Assembly: GCA_043228905.1 (NCBI GenBank)
Contig: JBHGNT010000001.1
Span: forward strand, 31,496,001-31,560,000
Direction: 5' to 3'
DNA from: Azolla caroliniana
Lineage: Eukaryota; Plantae; Polypodiophyta
DNA length: 64,000 nucleotides
This document shows, one piece after another, positions 26,009 to 37,119 of this stretch; the first letter of the stretch is position 1; each line of letters begins with the position of its first letter. The notes under the pieces were generated by a model. That model had not been told where the DNA came from and searched no databases. It saw only the letters and a list, made by a program, of their open reading frames with translations. The translations under genes and the position numbers were made by a program.

Positions 26009-27295
26009 ATGGAGAGAGGAGAAGGGAGTCAGTCACAGGAAGATGATGCAATCACAGACAACATATCGCTTCCCAATATGCTCAGGTCTAGTTCCTGTAT
26101 TTAATTGTTTTGGCTAATTATTCTTCTTTGATCAAAACTTAAACCTTGTTTTCCAGGCTGCTTGAACAAGAGGAAGCTGTCCTCATCCAGATGCAGAGCA
26201 AGCTCTCGGATGAGCTTCATCGTATTCAAGTGAAAACCATCATCTTCTTGCAGTTTTCTACTATTTCTCATGTGGTCAGTTTAAAAGGATTTTTCTCATC
26301 GTATCCTTTGTTTCTCCACAGGTTGAAGAGCATGTCTTTCTGCATGCCCTCAAAATTCTAGGTGAGAAGCATAGTAACAAGGTGTGCGTCCCCTCTATAT
26401 CCTTATTGAAAGTTTACATTCTTCTTTGATAGATGGCTTTATACATGGATTTCATAGAGGTAGGGCAAAATGGTTTCCTTTTTCAATATATGTTTTATTT
26501 GAATTTAAAATATCTTGGAATTTATTCTTGGCCTTCTTCTTTGCCAAAATTTATACAGATCGATTATGTGCTTTAGATTAAGACAACCACTGTTGGATAG
26601 ATGATAAGAGACATCTCTATCATCCTTTAATCATACACCAATTATCGCTGAATACATTGTTAATGAGTATCACTATTATGTGCACCTATCTCAACATGAT
26701 TCTAGTAAATTACAACGATAGCACATGGATTTAGGTTATTGTACGTTTAAGTATGATTCTGTGGTGAAACTTGGTTCCACTATCACAGAGTCGCCGGAAT
26801 GTTTGAATGTTGAATCAATATCAAATTGGGTTTGGGATCTCTAGCACAGTTGAAATATCACCCAAGGGCTTGAGGCTGGTCTAATTCATGACTGTTTTAC
26901 CTAGGGGAATTGCTTGTTAGTCTTCCTGTACTGTGCTACAGATTTAGCCTTTAAGAAACTATTTGGTGCCAACTATATTCAATTTCCCATGCAATATATT
27001 GTGTACCTTTGTGCCACCTTTTTAGCACGCAAAAAGGTACAGTACAATATCCATTTATATTATTAAATATTTTATGGTTAACTAAATAATAGCAACTGGT
27101 AAATTTAGGCCTATATTAACAATGCAAAGCATTTTTCTCAGTCTATAGAAGTGAGGTTTCAAAACTGTTTTGCAGGAAAGTGATAAGAATGGGGATGAAG
27201 ATGATGAGTTGATTGAAGCCATTGAGGAAGCATTGCTTGAAGAGGGAGATGTCATGCATGATGTGATTATAGAAAATGATGAAAAGTCTTTTTAA
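26009..27295 (+). CDS. Small acidic helical protein, 109 aa, SNAPC5/SNAP19-like
   Basis: GT-AG exons 26009-26085, 26157-26229, 26322-26381 and 27176-27295 (330 nt) give MERGEGSQSQEDDAITDNISLPNMLRLLEQEEAVLIQMQSKLSDELHRIQVEEHVFLHALKILGEKHSNKESDKNGDEDDELIEAIEEALLEEGDVMHDVIIENDEKSF*. The gene model is well supported; the family call rests on the remembered human sequence. Confidence 0.75.
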
Positions 27296-28719
27296 GAGGT
27301 GGGATGAAGCTACAGGTGTACAGTACCGGGTCTTAATTTGTGGATGATATGAATTATAATTATTCTGTCGTGTGGAATTCTCTCTTGTTAACACTGTCAA
27401 GGACCCTCAAGTCGATAGAATTTTAGTCTTCATTAGAGTAAGTGGATTCACACACCTCATAATGGTATTTTCGTTGTTGTTCAATCCCACAATTGCACCT
27501 TGTCTTTGTATGGACTAGCTTGTAACTACGTGTATAGCACTCATGTTGAATCCTTTAAAGTTATGTGTGTTGCCAGGAATCCATACTTCACGGGACCTTT
27601 GCAACCCATAATAGAATGATCATTTTTCTTAGTTTCTTATCCTGAAGGTTGAGTTAACTTGGTTGTATCTTACTTTTTAATCACTACATCTTCTTGAGTG
27701 ATTGACAATATGAAATATTAACAATCGCAATGCCACAATAGAAGTGTGGTGGAGTCTTAACATAGAGGTATTATGATTGGAATATTTGTTTCATATGTGT
27801 ATATGGTTGCACAAATCCTAACATGTATGATATTTCAGCATCACCAATTATTAGAATGGCACAATTAATCAATGTCAACATCATCGGTAAGCCATGGGAA
27901 CTGAGACATACAACAAGTACTTAACAAAATGGTTGGATATATTTTCTCACATGTCCTTAACTTCTCAATATGCCTTTGGTGGATAGAGTATCCAAGGGAT
28001 AATCACACAATTAGGAGAGGAGCACATTGTTAAAGTTCATTTAATCTTCACCACTTTTCTTAGGGTGGGTTTAGGTGAGGTCTTTAGCTAATCATGATAT
28101 TATGAGAGAAAAAAACCCATTTTAACACTTGTATATACAGTGTTTTTAAGGATTCATTATTGCATATTTACCCAATTGGCACTATTGTTAAATTCCCTCT
28201 AACTACAAGAAAGGTTAAAGTTGTTCAAACTAGACATGCCATTTACATGTGTTTGCCAAAATTTTAAATGTTTTTTGCTAAGCGTAGTATTCACAATTAG
28301 TTCATGATTTGGGAGTAGTTGTTGGTTATTTGTCTTGTTTGATGGGTGAGGTTATGGACAACATGGATATAATGTAATCATTCAGTGGAGTGTTCAACCA
28401 ATGTGCTTTAGAAATCACTCACACAACCTACATGATCCAAAAGTTAATATATGTCAATGTCTCGAGTTTGAGATCTATGTTTATATCTATGTTCGGTTAT
28501 TTCATACTAATGTTAGGAATCGTAGAGATCCATGGGATAGAAGGATGCTAGTGATGGATTGTAGGAAGACTAAACGTGGAGTAGACTCTATTGTGTCGGG
28601 TTCTTTGGGTTATCAACTCACCAACCAACGAAATAGCTTGCAAGTGTGCATGATGAGTTAAAAGAGTCTCTAGTAAATTTGGTTCTATTTTCATGAGATT
28701 TCATACTTGATGTATGCAT

Positions 28720-28720
<1 letters not shown>

Positions 28721-28764
<44 letters not shown>
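28721..28764. repeat. (CA)22 microsatellite
   Basis: Direct reading. Confidence 0.95.
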
Positions 28765-28767
<3 letters not shown>

Positions 28768-29371
28768 GGAATAATATGTGCACGGTTGGGGTGGTTATGA
28801 AGGATAGTACATTGTGGTATGATTTGTTGTCACATTGGATATCCAATTATGGTGGAAGTTTCTAATGTGAAACTTATTGAGTGGGTATCTAAATATTGTG
28901 AAATGCACATAAGAGATCAAAACCAGTCTACTTAGCTTCTTACTTCTTAATCAATTTATAGTTGATACAACGGAACCCATTTGGGTTGGCTTGGCTAAAA
29001 AGGGTGAGCTAAAAGGGTTGCAAGAGAACGAGGATTTTATGAAGCTTGTTATATGGTGGCAACATGTGGTAGAGGTTGGTTACCATTCCTTCTCATGTTT
29101 AAAGCTAAGGTGTTCATGTAAATGGCCATTAATTGGGGGTTTGTCCTAATGCAACGCCTTAAGAAAGCAAAATATTGTTGTTGGAAAAAATATATATATA
29201 GTTGATACAACGGAACCCATTTGGGTTGGCTTGCTTAAAAAGGGTGTGCTAAAAGGGTGGGTCAACTTGGGTACGTGCATCCTAAAAAGTGTGAGCTAAA
29301 AGGAACACATGCACACCACATTTCCCCCTTGCAAGAAACAAGAGATTGAGGGGCATGAACAAGAACATGGC

Positions 29372-29853
29372 AAGAACAGTGGCGTGTCGAAGGAGAGGGA
29401 GCATTTGATGGCAGGTTTCAAATATAAATCCATGGATGATTCTAGTGCGAGGCGAGGGTTACACCCATAGAGTGCTCGAAAAGGGTTGATTTATGCAGCC
29501 ATCTCGTGTTTGAGGGTCTTGTTGAGGACAAGAACAAGAACATTGGCGTGTCGAAGGAGGGGGGGATTTGATGACAGGTTTCAAATATAAATCCATGGAT
29601 GATTCTAGTGCGAGGCGAGGGTTACACCCATAGAGTGCTCGAAAAGGGTTGATTTATGTAGCCATCTCGTGTTTGAGGGTCTTGTTGAGGACAAGAACAA
29701 GAACAGTGGCGTGTCGAAGGAGGGGGGGATTTGATGACAGATTTCAAATATAAATCCATGGATGATTCTAATGTGAGGCGAGGGTTACACCCATAGAGTG
29801 CTCGAAAAGGGTTGATTTATGCAGCCATCTCGTGTTTGAGGGTCTTGTTGAGG
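29372..29853. repeat. 3 x ~163-bp tandem repeat inside the TRIM-like element
   Basis: aagaaca(g/t)tggcgtgtcgaaggag at 29372, 29536 and 29699. Confidence 0.92.
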
Positions 29854-29999
29854 CGATCGGTGAAGATGACGTGGGGATGTAAACATCTACGGACACGTAG
29901 TTGAGTTGCAACGACGTTAAGGACATCCCCGTGGAACTGTTGGCCTTGATAGTTGGATGGGGCTAGCGACGGAAAACGAGCTATCAATCGGCGAATAGA

Positions 30000-30300
30000 G
30001 ATCAATCACTCATGTGGATTGAGGATCACCTGGACTTTGCTGAGGTGGGGGACACGAGGGCTATCGTGTTGGAGGGGGATCGAGGAAAGATCATATGGCA
30101 ACAAAGATCAATTGCTCCTATGGATTGAGGGCCACCTGGACTTGGTTGAGGTGGGGGACAGGAGGGCTATCGTGTCAGAGGGGGATCGGGGAAAAGATCA
30201 TTTGGCAAAGAAAGATCAATCACTCTTGTGGACTAAGGGCCACCTGGCCTTGGTTGAGGTGGGGGACAGGAGGGCTATCGTGTAGGAGGGGGATCGAAGA
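30000..30300. repeat. ~3 x 107-bp tandem repeat inside the TRIM-like element
   Basis: gatcaat...gaggtggggga...gggctatcgtgt...ggggatcg at 30000, 30106 and 30214. Confidence 0.88.
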
Positions 30301-31385
30301 AACTCATGGGACAAGAAGTTAGTGGGCAACCTAAGGTGAGGGGGAAGAGTTGGTGGGGCAAGACATAAAAGTGGTGTGAGAAAGTGAGAGTGTCTAAGGT
30401 GAAGGTGTAATGGGCTTGTGTGCTAGAGAGGTATAGATGGCGATCGCAAAAAAAGACTTGGATGGAGGAAGCGATGGATGTCGGGAGGCCTAACTAGTGA
30501 ACTAAGGCGGTGCTAATGGAAGAGATACTACTACAAGAGACTAACAAGTGTGTCGGTGACGGTGGCGAGGGCAATGCTACCTATGAAGCGGAAGAGGTGG
30601 ATGCTTGGATGTGGGGGGTGGTACCCGTCATCTCCACCAATATGTGAAATGCACATAAGAGATCAAAACCAGTATACTTAGCTTCTTACTTCTTAATCAA
30701 TTTATAGTTGATACAACGGAACCCATTTGGGTTGGCTAGGCTAAAAAGGGTGTGCTAAAAGGGTGGGTCAACTTGGGTACGTGCATCCTAAAAAGGGTGA
30801 GCTAAAAGGGTGACACAAAGGAACACATGCACACCACAATATATTTGGAAGATAAGTTTATATATTGGAGGTCTCAATTTTGGCCTTCTCATGTATAGCT
30901 TAAGGTAGTCCAATCTATTAAGATCTTTATGGTATCTTATTATCTTCCTTTGCTACCATAGTCAAAGAAAGCTCTTGAAATGTTGTCACACTCACGAAGG
31001 ATGTTATGGAAGAGAGAGGGAAAGTGTCATGTGCTGGTTGACATGGGGATCATGGTTGTACTCCAAAATATATTGGTAGGGCATCATTATTTAATTTCTA
31101 TGAGGATATGGTGGCTCATCAATTTACCTTCATTCGATTTATGTTTGAGGGTGTACAACCTTGGATGGAAATGATGATATACTTGATAGAGAAGACATGG
31201 ATTCAACCTAGAATGACGACGATTGAAGCTAATGAGTGGAATGACGTTAATTCTAAATGGGATGTAAAATGTGCAAGGTTTTTTATAGCCAATCATTTAT
31301 TTACATATTGGCAAAGTATGCCAATAATCTATTGGTCATTTATTGTACAACATCCTCCACGAGAAGGGGATGTGCCAATTATTAT

Positions 31386-33737
31386 TGTAAAGAATCAAGA
31401 GATGGATTTTGTGCAGCGGAATAGATATGAACTGTGTGTGTGTATGAGAGAGAGTGTGTGTGTGTGTGAGAGAGAGACAAGGAGTAAGACACAGATAATA
31501 CGCAAGGTAAAGTATATTAACAAAGGAGAAAGACTCAACATTATACAAGGTGGGAGGAGGGTGCTTTATATAGTTACCCTCTCTCTTCATTAACAACAAG
31601 ACTCATGGAGCATGGGGAATATGAAAGCTCATAAGTTATGTGTCATAGAATATGATTCTATGACTTATACTAAATGTTAGAATACAAAGTGGTGACATAA
31701 TGGTGACTCTTGACTATTGGAGTGTCTATTCACTCTCAAGGTGAGTTCACACACTAGACCAAGTTGAGCTTGATTCTCAACACGCCCCCTCAAGCTCAAG
31801 TCGAGTCGTATTCAGACGATATCCAAAATATGCTTCAACTCGCGTTTCGGAGTCCGCGTCGACTCGTATTTATGCGGAGTTGCGGAATACGTGCTCCAAC
31901 TTGCGTTGTGCGTAGTTGCGAAGTCTGTGCTTTGGCTTTGCGTCTTCCTTCGCGACTTTGCGCGGTAGATCGGCTCTTCGCGGCTTCGTTGCGCGGTTGC
32001 AAAATCCACGTGTTATTGCGTAGTGTCTTCAGTACTCCCCCTCAAGCTTGGCAAGTCAGGGGTCGTCAATTCGAGGTCAATCATGAATTGACATAGCTTG
32101 TCGGCGGCTCCTAAGGCTTTAGTGAAGATGTCGGCTGTTTGAAGATTGATGCTAATGTGTTGTTGGTCGACATCGCCAGCTAGAACGCGCTCTCGGATGA
32201 AGTGATAGTGCACTTCGATGTGCTTTGTCAGCGCGTGGAACACCGGGTTCCGAGCCAAATAGATACTGCTCATGTTGTCGCAGTAAAGGGAAGTCAGATC
32301 CTTGATGGGTACGCCCAGATCCTTGAGTATCCTTTTGAGCCATGCGGCTACTCCTGCACCCCTGTATTCCGCCTCTGTGCTCGAAAGAGCGACGGTTGGT
32401 TGTTTTTTGCTACTCCAGGATATTGCTCCGTTGCCGAGGGAAAAAACAAATCCGGAGGTTGATCTATTCCTCGTTGGCTTCCGTTTTGCGGCCGAAATTG
32501 TGAGTTGTTATCGTAGGTCGGACCTCGTCTGCCTTGTCCTTGGCCGAATCGGCCTCTCGCTCGTCCACGTCCTCTTCCTCCGTTCGAGTGCATGTAGAGC
32601 ATGTGGCCTTCCGACTCATTGCTCCTTGTACGCACGTGGTTTTCTTCGACCAATAGCATTGATTGGAGCTCGAAGAAGGAGGGAGATTTCTCCCTTGCTA
32701 GAACGACGGTTCGCATCGCGCCGAACCGTGGTGCGAGGCCGCTGAGGCATATTTGCACCATCTCATTATCATTGATATTTACGCTTATCAAATCAAGCGA
32801 GTCGCAAAGCTCCTTGATCTTCAAGGTGTATGTCGTGATGGACATGTCCCTTTGTTGAATGTTGTTCAACTCTTGGCGGAGTTAAGCCTTCTTGCAGTTG
32901 TGTTCGCCGCGAAAATCTTTCGTAGATTTTCCCATGCCTCCTTTGGCGTCTTGGCTTCGCGAATGTAGCCGAGCATGTGATCGTGAACACATGTCGCCAA
33001 GCAATACATCACGCGGCTTGCAGCTTGCCCCCATGTCGCGTATCTGGGAGCCGTTTCGACGGGTCGATATTCGTGCGCTCCTTTGATGTAACTCCAATAG
33101 CCTTGTCCGACAAGGTATTGTATTGGTGCATCTTGTACTCCCAAGATGTGAAATTGTTTCGATCCAACTTCTCGGTAGGGAGAACGCTCCCCATTCGAGT
33201 ATTCATTGTGTCGATTCTTCTTCTCTCTTCAAATGCGAACTATGTAGCGATGCTACGATAGCGATGAGTTGGTTCTTGGTCGTCGGTGTAGGACACAACG
33301 CACGCGGATGGGCTAGATTGAGCTACCAAGTCGCTTTGATACCATGTAAAGAATCAAGAGATGGATTTTGTGCAACGGAATAGATATGAACTGTGTGTGT
33401 GTATGAGGGAGTGTGTGTGTGTGTGTGTGAGACAAGGAGTAAGACACAGATAATACGCAAGGTAAAGTATATTAACAAAGGAGAAAGACTCAACATTATA
33501 CAATGTGGGAGGAGGGTGCTTTATATAGTTACCCTCTCTCTTCATTAACTACAAGACTCATGGAGCATGGGGAATGTGAAAGCTCATAAGTTATGTGTCA
33601 TAGAATATGATTCTATGACTTATACTAAATGCTAGAATACAAAGTGGTGACATAATGGTGACTCTTGACCGTTGGAGTGTCTATTCACTCTCAAGTTAAG
33701 TTCACACACTAGACCAAGTTGAGCTTGATTTGCAACA
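31386..33737 (-). mobile_element. Ty1/Copia LTR retrotransposon, internally deleted (2.35 kb)
   Basis: LTRs at 31386-31782 and 33345-33737 (TG...CA), PBS tggtatcaaagc (iMet type) at 33344-33333, PPT ttgagggggcg, TSD attat/attac. Frameshifted gag (EKLDRNNFTSW, AKTPKEAWENL) is followed directly by the RNase H end ([32 protein letters not shown]...ADIFTKAL). Confidence 0.96.
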
Positions 33738-34477
33738 ATTACAAATGGAGGTTTTAGCGACATCGAGGTTGTTGAGGTGGGACGGTAAACTTTTTAACCT
33801 TCAATTAAACTAGATAGTTAGATTCGGTTTGGTAATAGTCAATAATGTTATGTTGGTGTTACAAAGAAGATTAATGGCCTTTCGAACAACAAGATTAACA
33901 TTTCATATTCTAAGGAAGTTATACCTTTATTTGGGAAAAGTTGGAAGGATGATTATTGTCGTATGAACCAATTTTTTATTTAGATGGTGGACCTCATGAG
34001 CTTTATTGAACATTTGATGGAAATAGGAGATTGATAGTAATATCAACAAATGATGTTAATCCAAAGTTGATTGACACATACGAGTGGATGGAAGAAAGGG
34101 TATTAAAGATATAGGGTTTTTGTAAGACCATTACTTGGTGGTTTCATATGATGAAGGCAAGTTGGTGTTCTTAATTGATGCTACGAGTTAACATATTTAT
34201 TTGGAGAGTTATGGTAGGACTTCTTTTTGTGACAGGGCAATTGTCCAGGCTCAGGAGGGAATCATGAAATCTCAACCATGAAGAGAGAGAAATTTGCAAG
34301 GTCAGATATTTCATGATGAGTTCGTAGTGGTAGTAATAGTAGTATTTAGATCCCTAGAAGGGTTTTCTAACTTCTATATGTACATAGATACTTCTGTGTT
34401 GTAAGTTATGGTGGTGGTGTTTCTTCTTTCATAATGAAAGCCATTATTTACGAAAAAAGGAAAGAGAGACGGCAAAA

Positions 34478-34516
34478 GAAGAAGAAGAAGAAGAAGAAGA
34501 AGAAGAAGAAGAAGAA
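34478..34516. repeat. (GAA)13 microsatellite upstream of the RRM gene
   Basis: Direct reading. Confidence 0.92.
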
Positions 34517-34898
34517 GAGATGAGATTTCCCGCCCAAACCATATGTGAAAAATAAAAAACAAAATTATATGTATATCATATATGTACTTAAATAAATACA
34601 CATAATAAAACTGTGTTATAAAAAAAGAGAAGATTTTGCGCTGTAGGGTTTCGCCGCGAGAACAGAACAGAACAGAACAGAACGCACAGAAAGAGCGAGA
34701 AGATATAGACGGAAGGGGAGGAGAAGAGAAGAAGCTAGCTAGGGTTTCTTAGATAACTGGGTACTCAGAAAGAGCTACATAGACAAGAGACAGGTACAGA
34801 GAACAGAGCACAAGAGAAACACCTAGAGAGAAACAAGAGGAAAGAAAATTGCGCACGTTCTAGAGATAGGGAGAGAGAGAGAGAGAGAGAGAGAAGAT

Positions 34899-37119
34899 AT
34901 GGTGATGGATCCTTTAACCAGCCCGTTAGATACCAAGAAACGAAAGCTCGAAGAGAACAATAACAGCAATGGAGCGATGCCGACTATACTTCCTTGCGAA
35001 CCTACCCTAACTACAGAGGAATCACCAACTTGTGCAGACAACCTGACCGACAATCATAACGTTGTTGATGCCAGGATCCCATCATACTTATCCCGCCCTG
35101 ATGTCCGCCTTATGGTTGACCTTTTGTCCAAGGAAGACCTTGCCCATCTTCTTGTTGAAGCTTCCCTTCTACACCTCGATGTCCTTGATGGCGTTCGGGA
35201 GCTCGCTGACCGTGATCCTGCCCATCGTAAGATATTTGTCCGTGGCCTTGGGTGGGAAACCGACACTGTTAGCCTCCGAGACACATTCTCTGAGTTTGGT
35301 GAGCTTGAAGAAGCCATTGCCATCATGGATCGCAACACGGGTACGTGTTATTTTATGAGCAAACTACCTTCTTTATTTATCATGCTTGGAAAATTAGAAA
35401 TTGTTCAGGATGACCATGAGTTACATGTTTTTCTTTAAGTTATTGTTCAATTAACATCAGGAAAATTTGAAATTTTTATAGGAATTTACTAGAAAACTGT
35501 ATGTACTTTCTTGCACATTTCATGGGAATACCCAAAAAAATTGCATATTTCTAACAAAATTTGTTTCTTTCTGCATGAGATAATAGGAAATTATCTGCGT
35601 ATATCTATTTAGGCATGCATACATTCATCCTAACGTATACATACATACGTAAAGATATATGTTGGTGACTTATGCATTAAGCAATCACATGGTGGGGAAG
35701 AATATCACAATTTTCTGGGATTTTTTATAAATTTTTTTATAAATTCTTATGGCTTGTCTCTTTTATACATATAATAAAAGGAAATGGGAAATCATCACAA
35801 TACATGTTTTAGAGTATTTGTGCATTCTGATCAGTTTTTTTATTATTTCTAAATGAAGAGATCTTAATTTTTCAGCCACTACCAAAGATTTAGCGGAACT
35901 TATCAGATGTATGACATAGACTTCCTTAATGCTGTAAATAGTTTGAAATTATGAAGAAATACCATATAGGCGTAGGCATTTATTAAAGTCATGAAATAAC
36001 CAAAAAAATTTGAAAAAATACCCCAAATTAGAGGAAATCGTAATGAGATTTTTGTATTTTTATTGAACACTTATTAGTGTCGAAGTGAATGAGACTGTCT
36101 TTTTGCCAGGTAAGAGTCGAGGATATGGCTTTGTAACTTTTAAACACATTGATGGTGCAATTAATGCACTCAAAGAACCAAGCAAACGCATTGATGGGCG
36201 AATCAGTGTATGCCAACTTGCTACCCAAGGCTCCAGTGGGTCATCTCAGCCTCCACAAGACTTAGCAACAAGAAAAATCTATGTGGGTAATGTTCCTTTG
36301 GACTGGCCAGTGGATGAACTTTTGAGCATATTTGCCCAATATGGAGATATCGAGGAGGGCCCACTTGGTCTTGATAAGCAGGTGGGTAAAGTGAGAGGGT
36401 TTGCTCTCTTTATCTACAAATCATCTGAGTCGGCAAAAAGAGCTCTTGAGGAGCCTGTGAAGACTGTCAACGGGCATCAGCTTTTTTGCAAGCTTGCGAT
36501 TGAAGGTGCAAAACAGAGGGCAGTCATTCAGCATAGTGGTGGACAACCTGAGATGAGTGAGCTAGCCAATACAGGCGGCCACCCATATGGTCAATATGCT
36601 GCGGGTCCTTCTCAAAGCATGATGGCAGCACAAGGAATTCCATACAACCAAAATACTGATCCGGGAATGCATGCTGGATTGAGCCAGAGCCAGAGTGTGA
36701 ACCCTAATGTGGTTATGCCAATGCAGTGCCGACCTATAGGGAGTAATTCATCCATGCCTTCAGCCATGAATAATGTTCCTCATCACTGGCAAGCCGGGGC
36801 TAATACTACTCTGCAAAAGGGAGCTCCTATAGGGATGACACCACATGATCCATATGGTCAGCAGCAAACGATGTCTTATCCAGGGATGTATGCGAGTGTA
36901 GGAACTCCATTATCATCATATAATCCAGGATCGGTTGTATCAATGGGTTCTCAGACTCCAGTTGTTCAAGGACAGTATGGCATGCCTTCTTATCAAAGCC
37001 AACATCTATCGGGGCCTTACCAGAATACACAAACTCAGCAGCAGGATGCAATAGCATCATCTGGGCCTCGAGTCCCACAGATAGGAGGAGTTCCGTCAAT
37101 ACCCTATTATGGAATGTAA
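34899..37119 (+). CDS. UBA2: UBP1-associated protein 2-like hnRNP protein with two RRMs, 483 aa
   Basis: Exons 34899-35340 and 36110-37119. Motifs KKRKLE, ADRDPAHRKIFVRGLGWET, G|KSRGYGFVTFKH, RKIYVGNVP...YGDIEEGPLGLDK...RGFALFIYK, followed by a Q/G/P/Y-rich tail. Confidence 0.93.

Larger units (their letters stand above)
28897..30838 (-). mobile_element. Non-coding TRIM-like LTR retroelement (1.94 kb)
   Basis: TG...CA LTR at 30643-30838 (196 bp) and a rearranged copy at 28897-29320. PBS tggtggagatg 3 nt from the right LTR, PPT aagggggaaa at 29330-29321, flanking atat on both sides. Confidence 0.88.

Noticed and set aside
29953-30322. ORFs with repeated peptides
   Set aside because: They are by-products of the 107-bp tandem repeat.
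31108-31593. 161-aa ORF
   Set aside because: It runs across the Copia LTR boundary and a microsatellite; a chance ORF.
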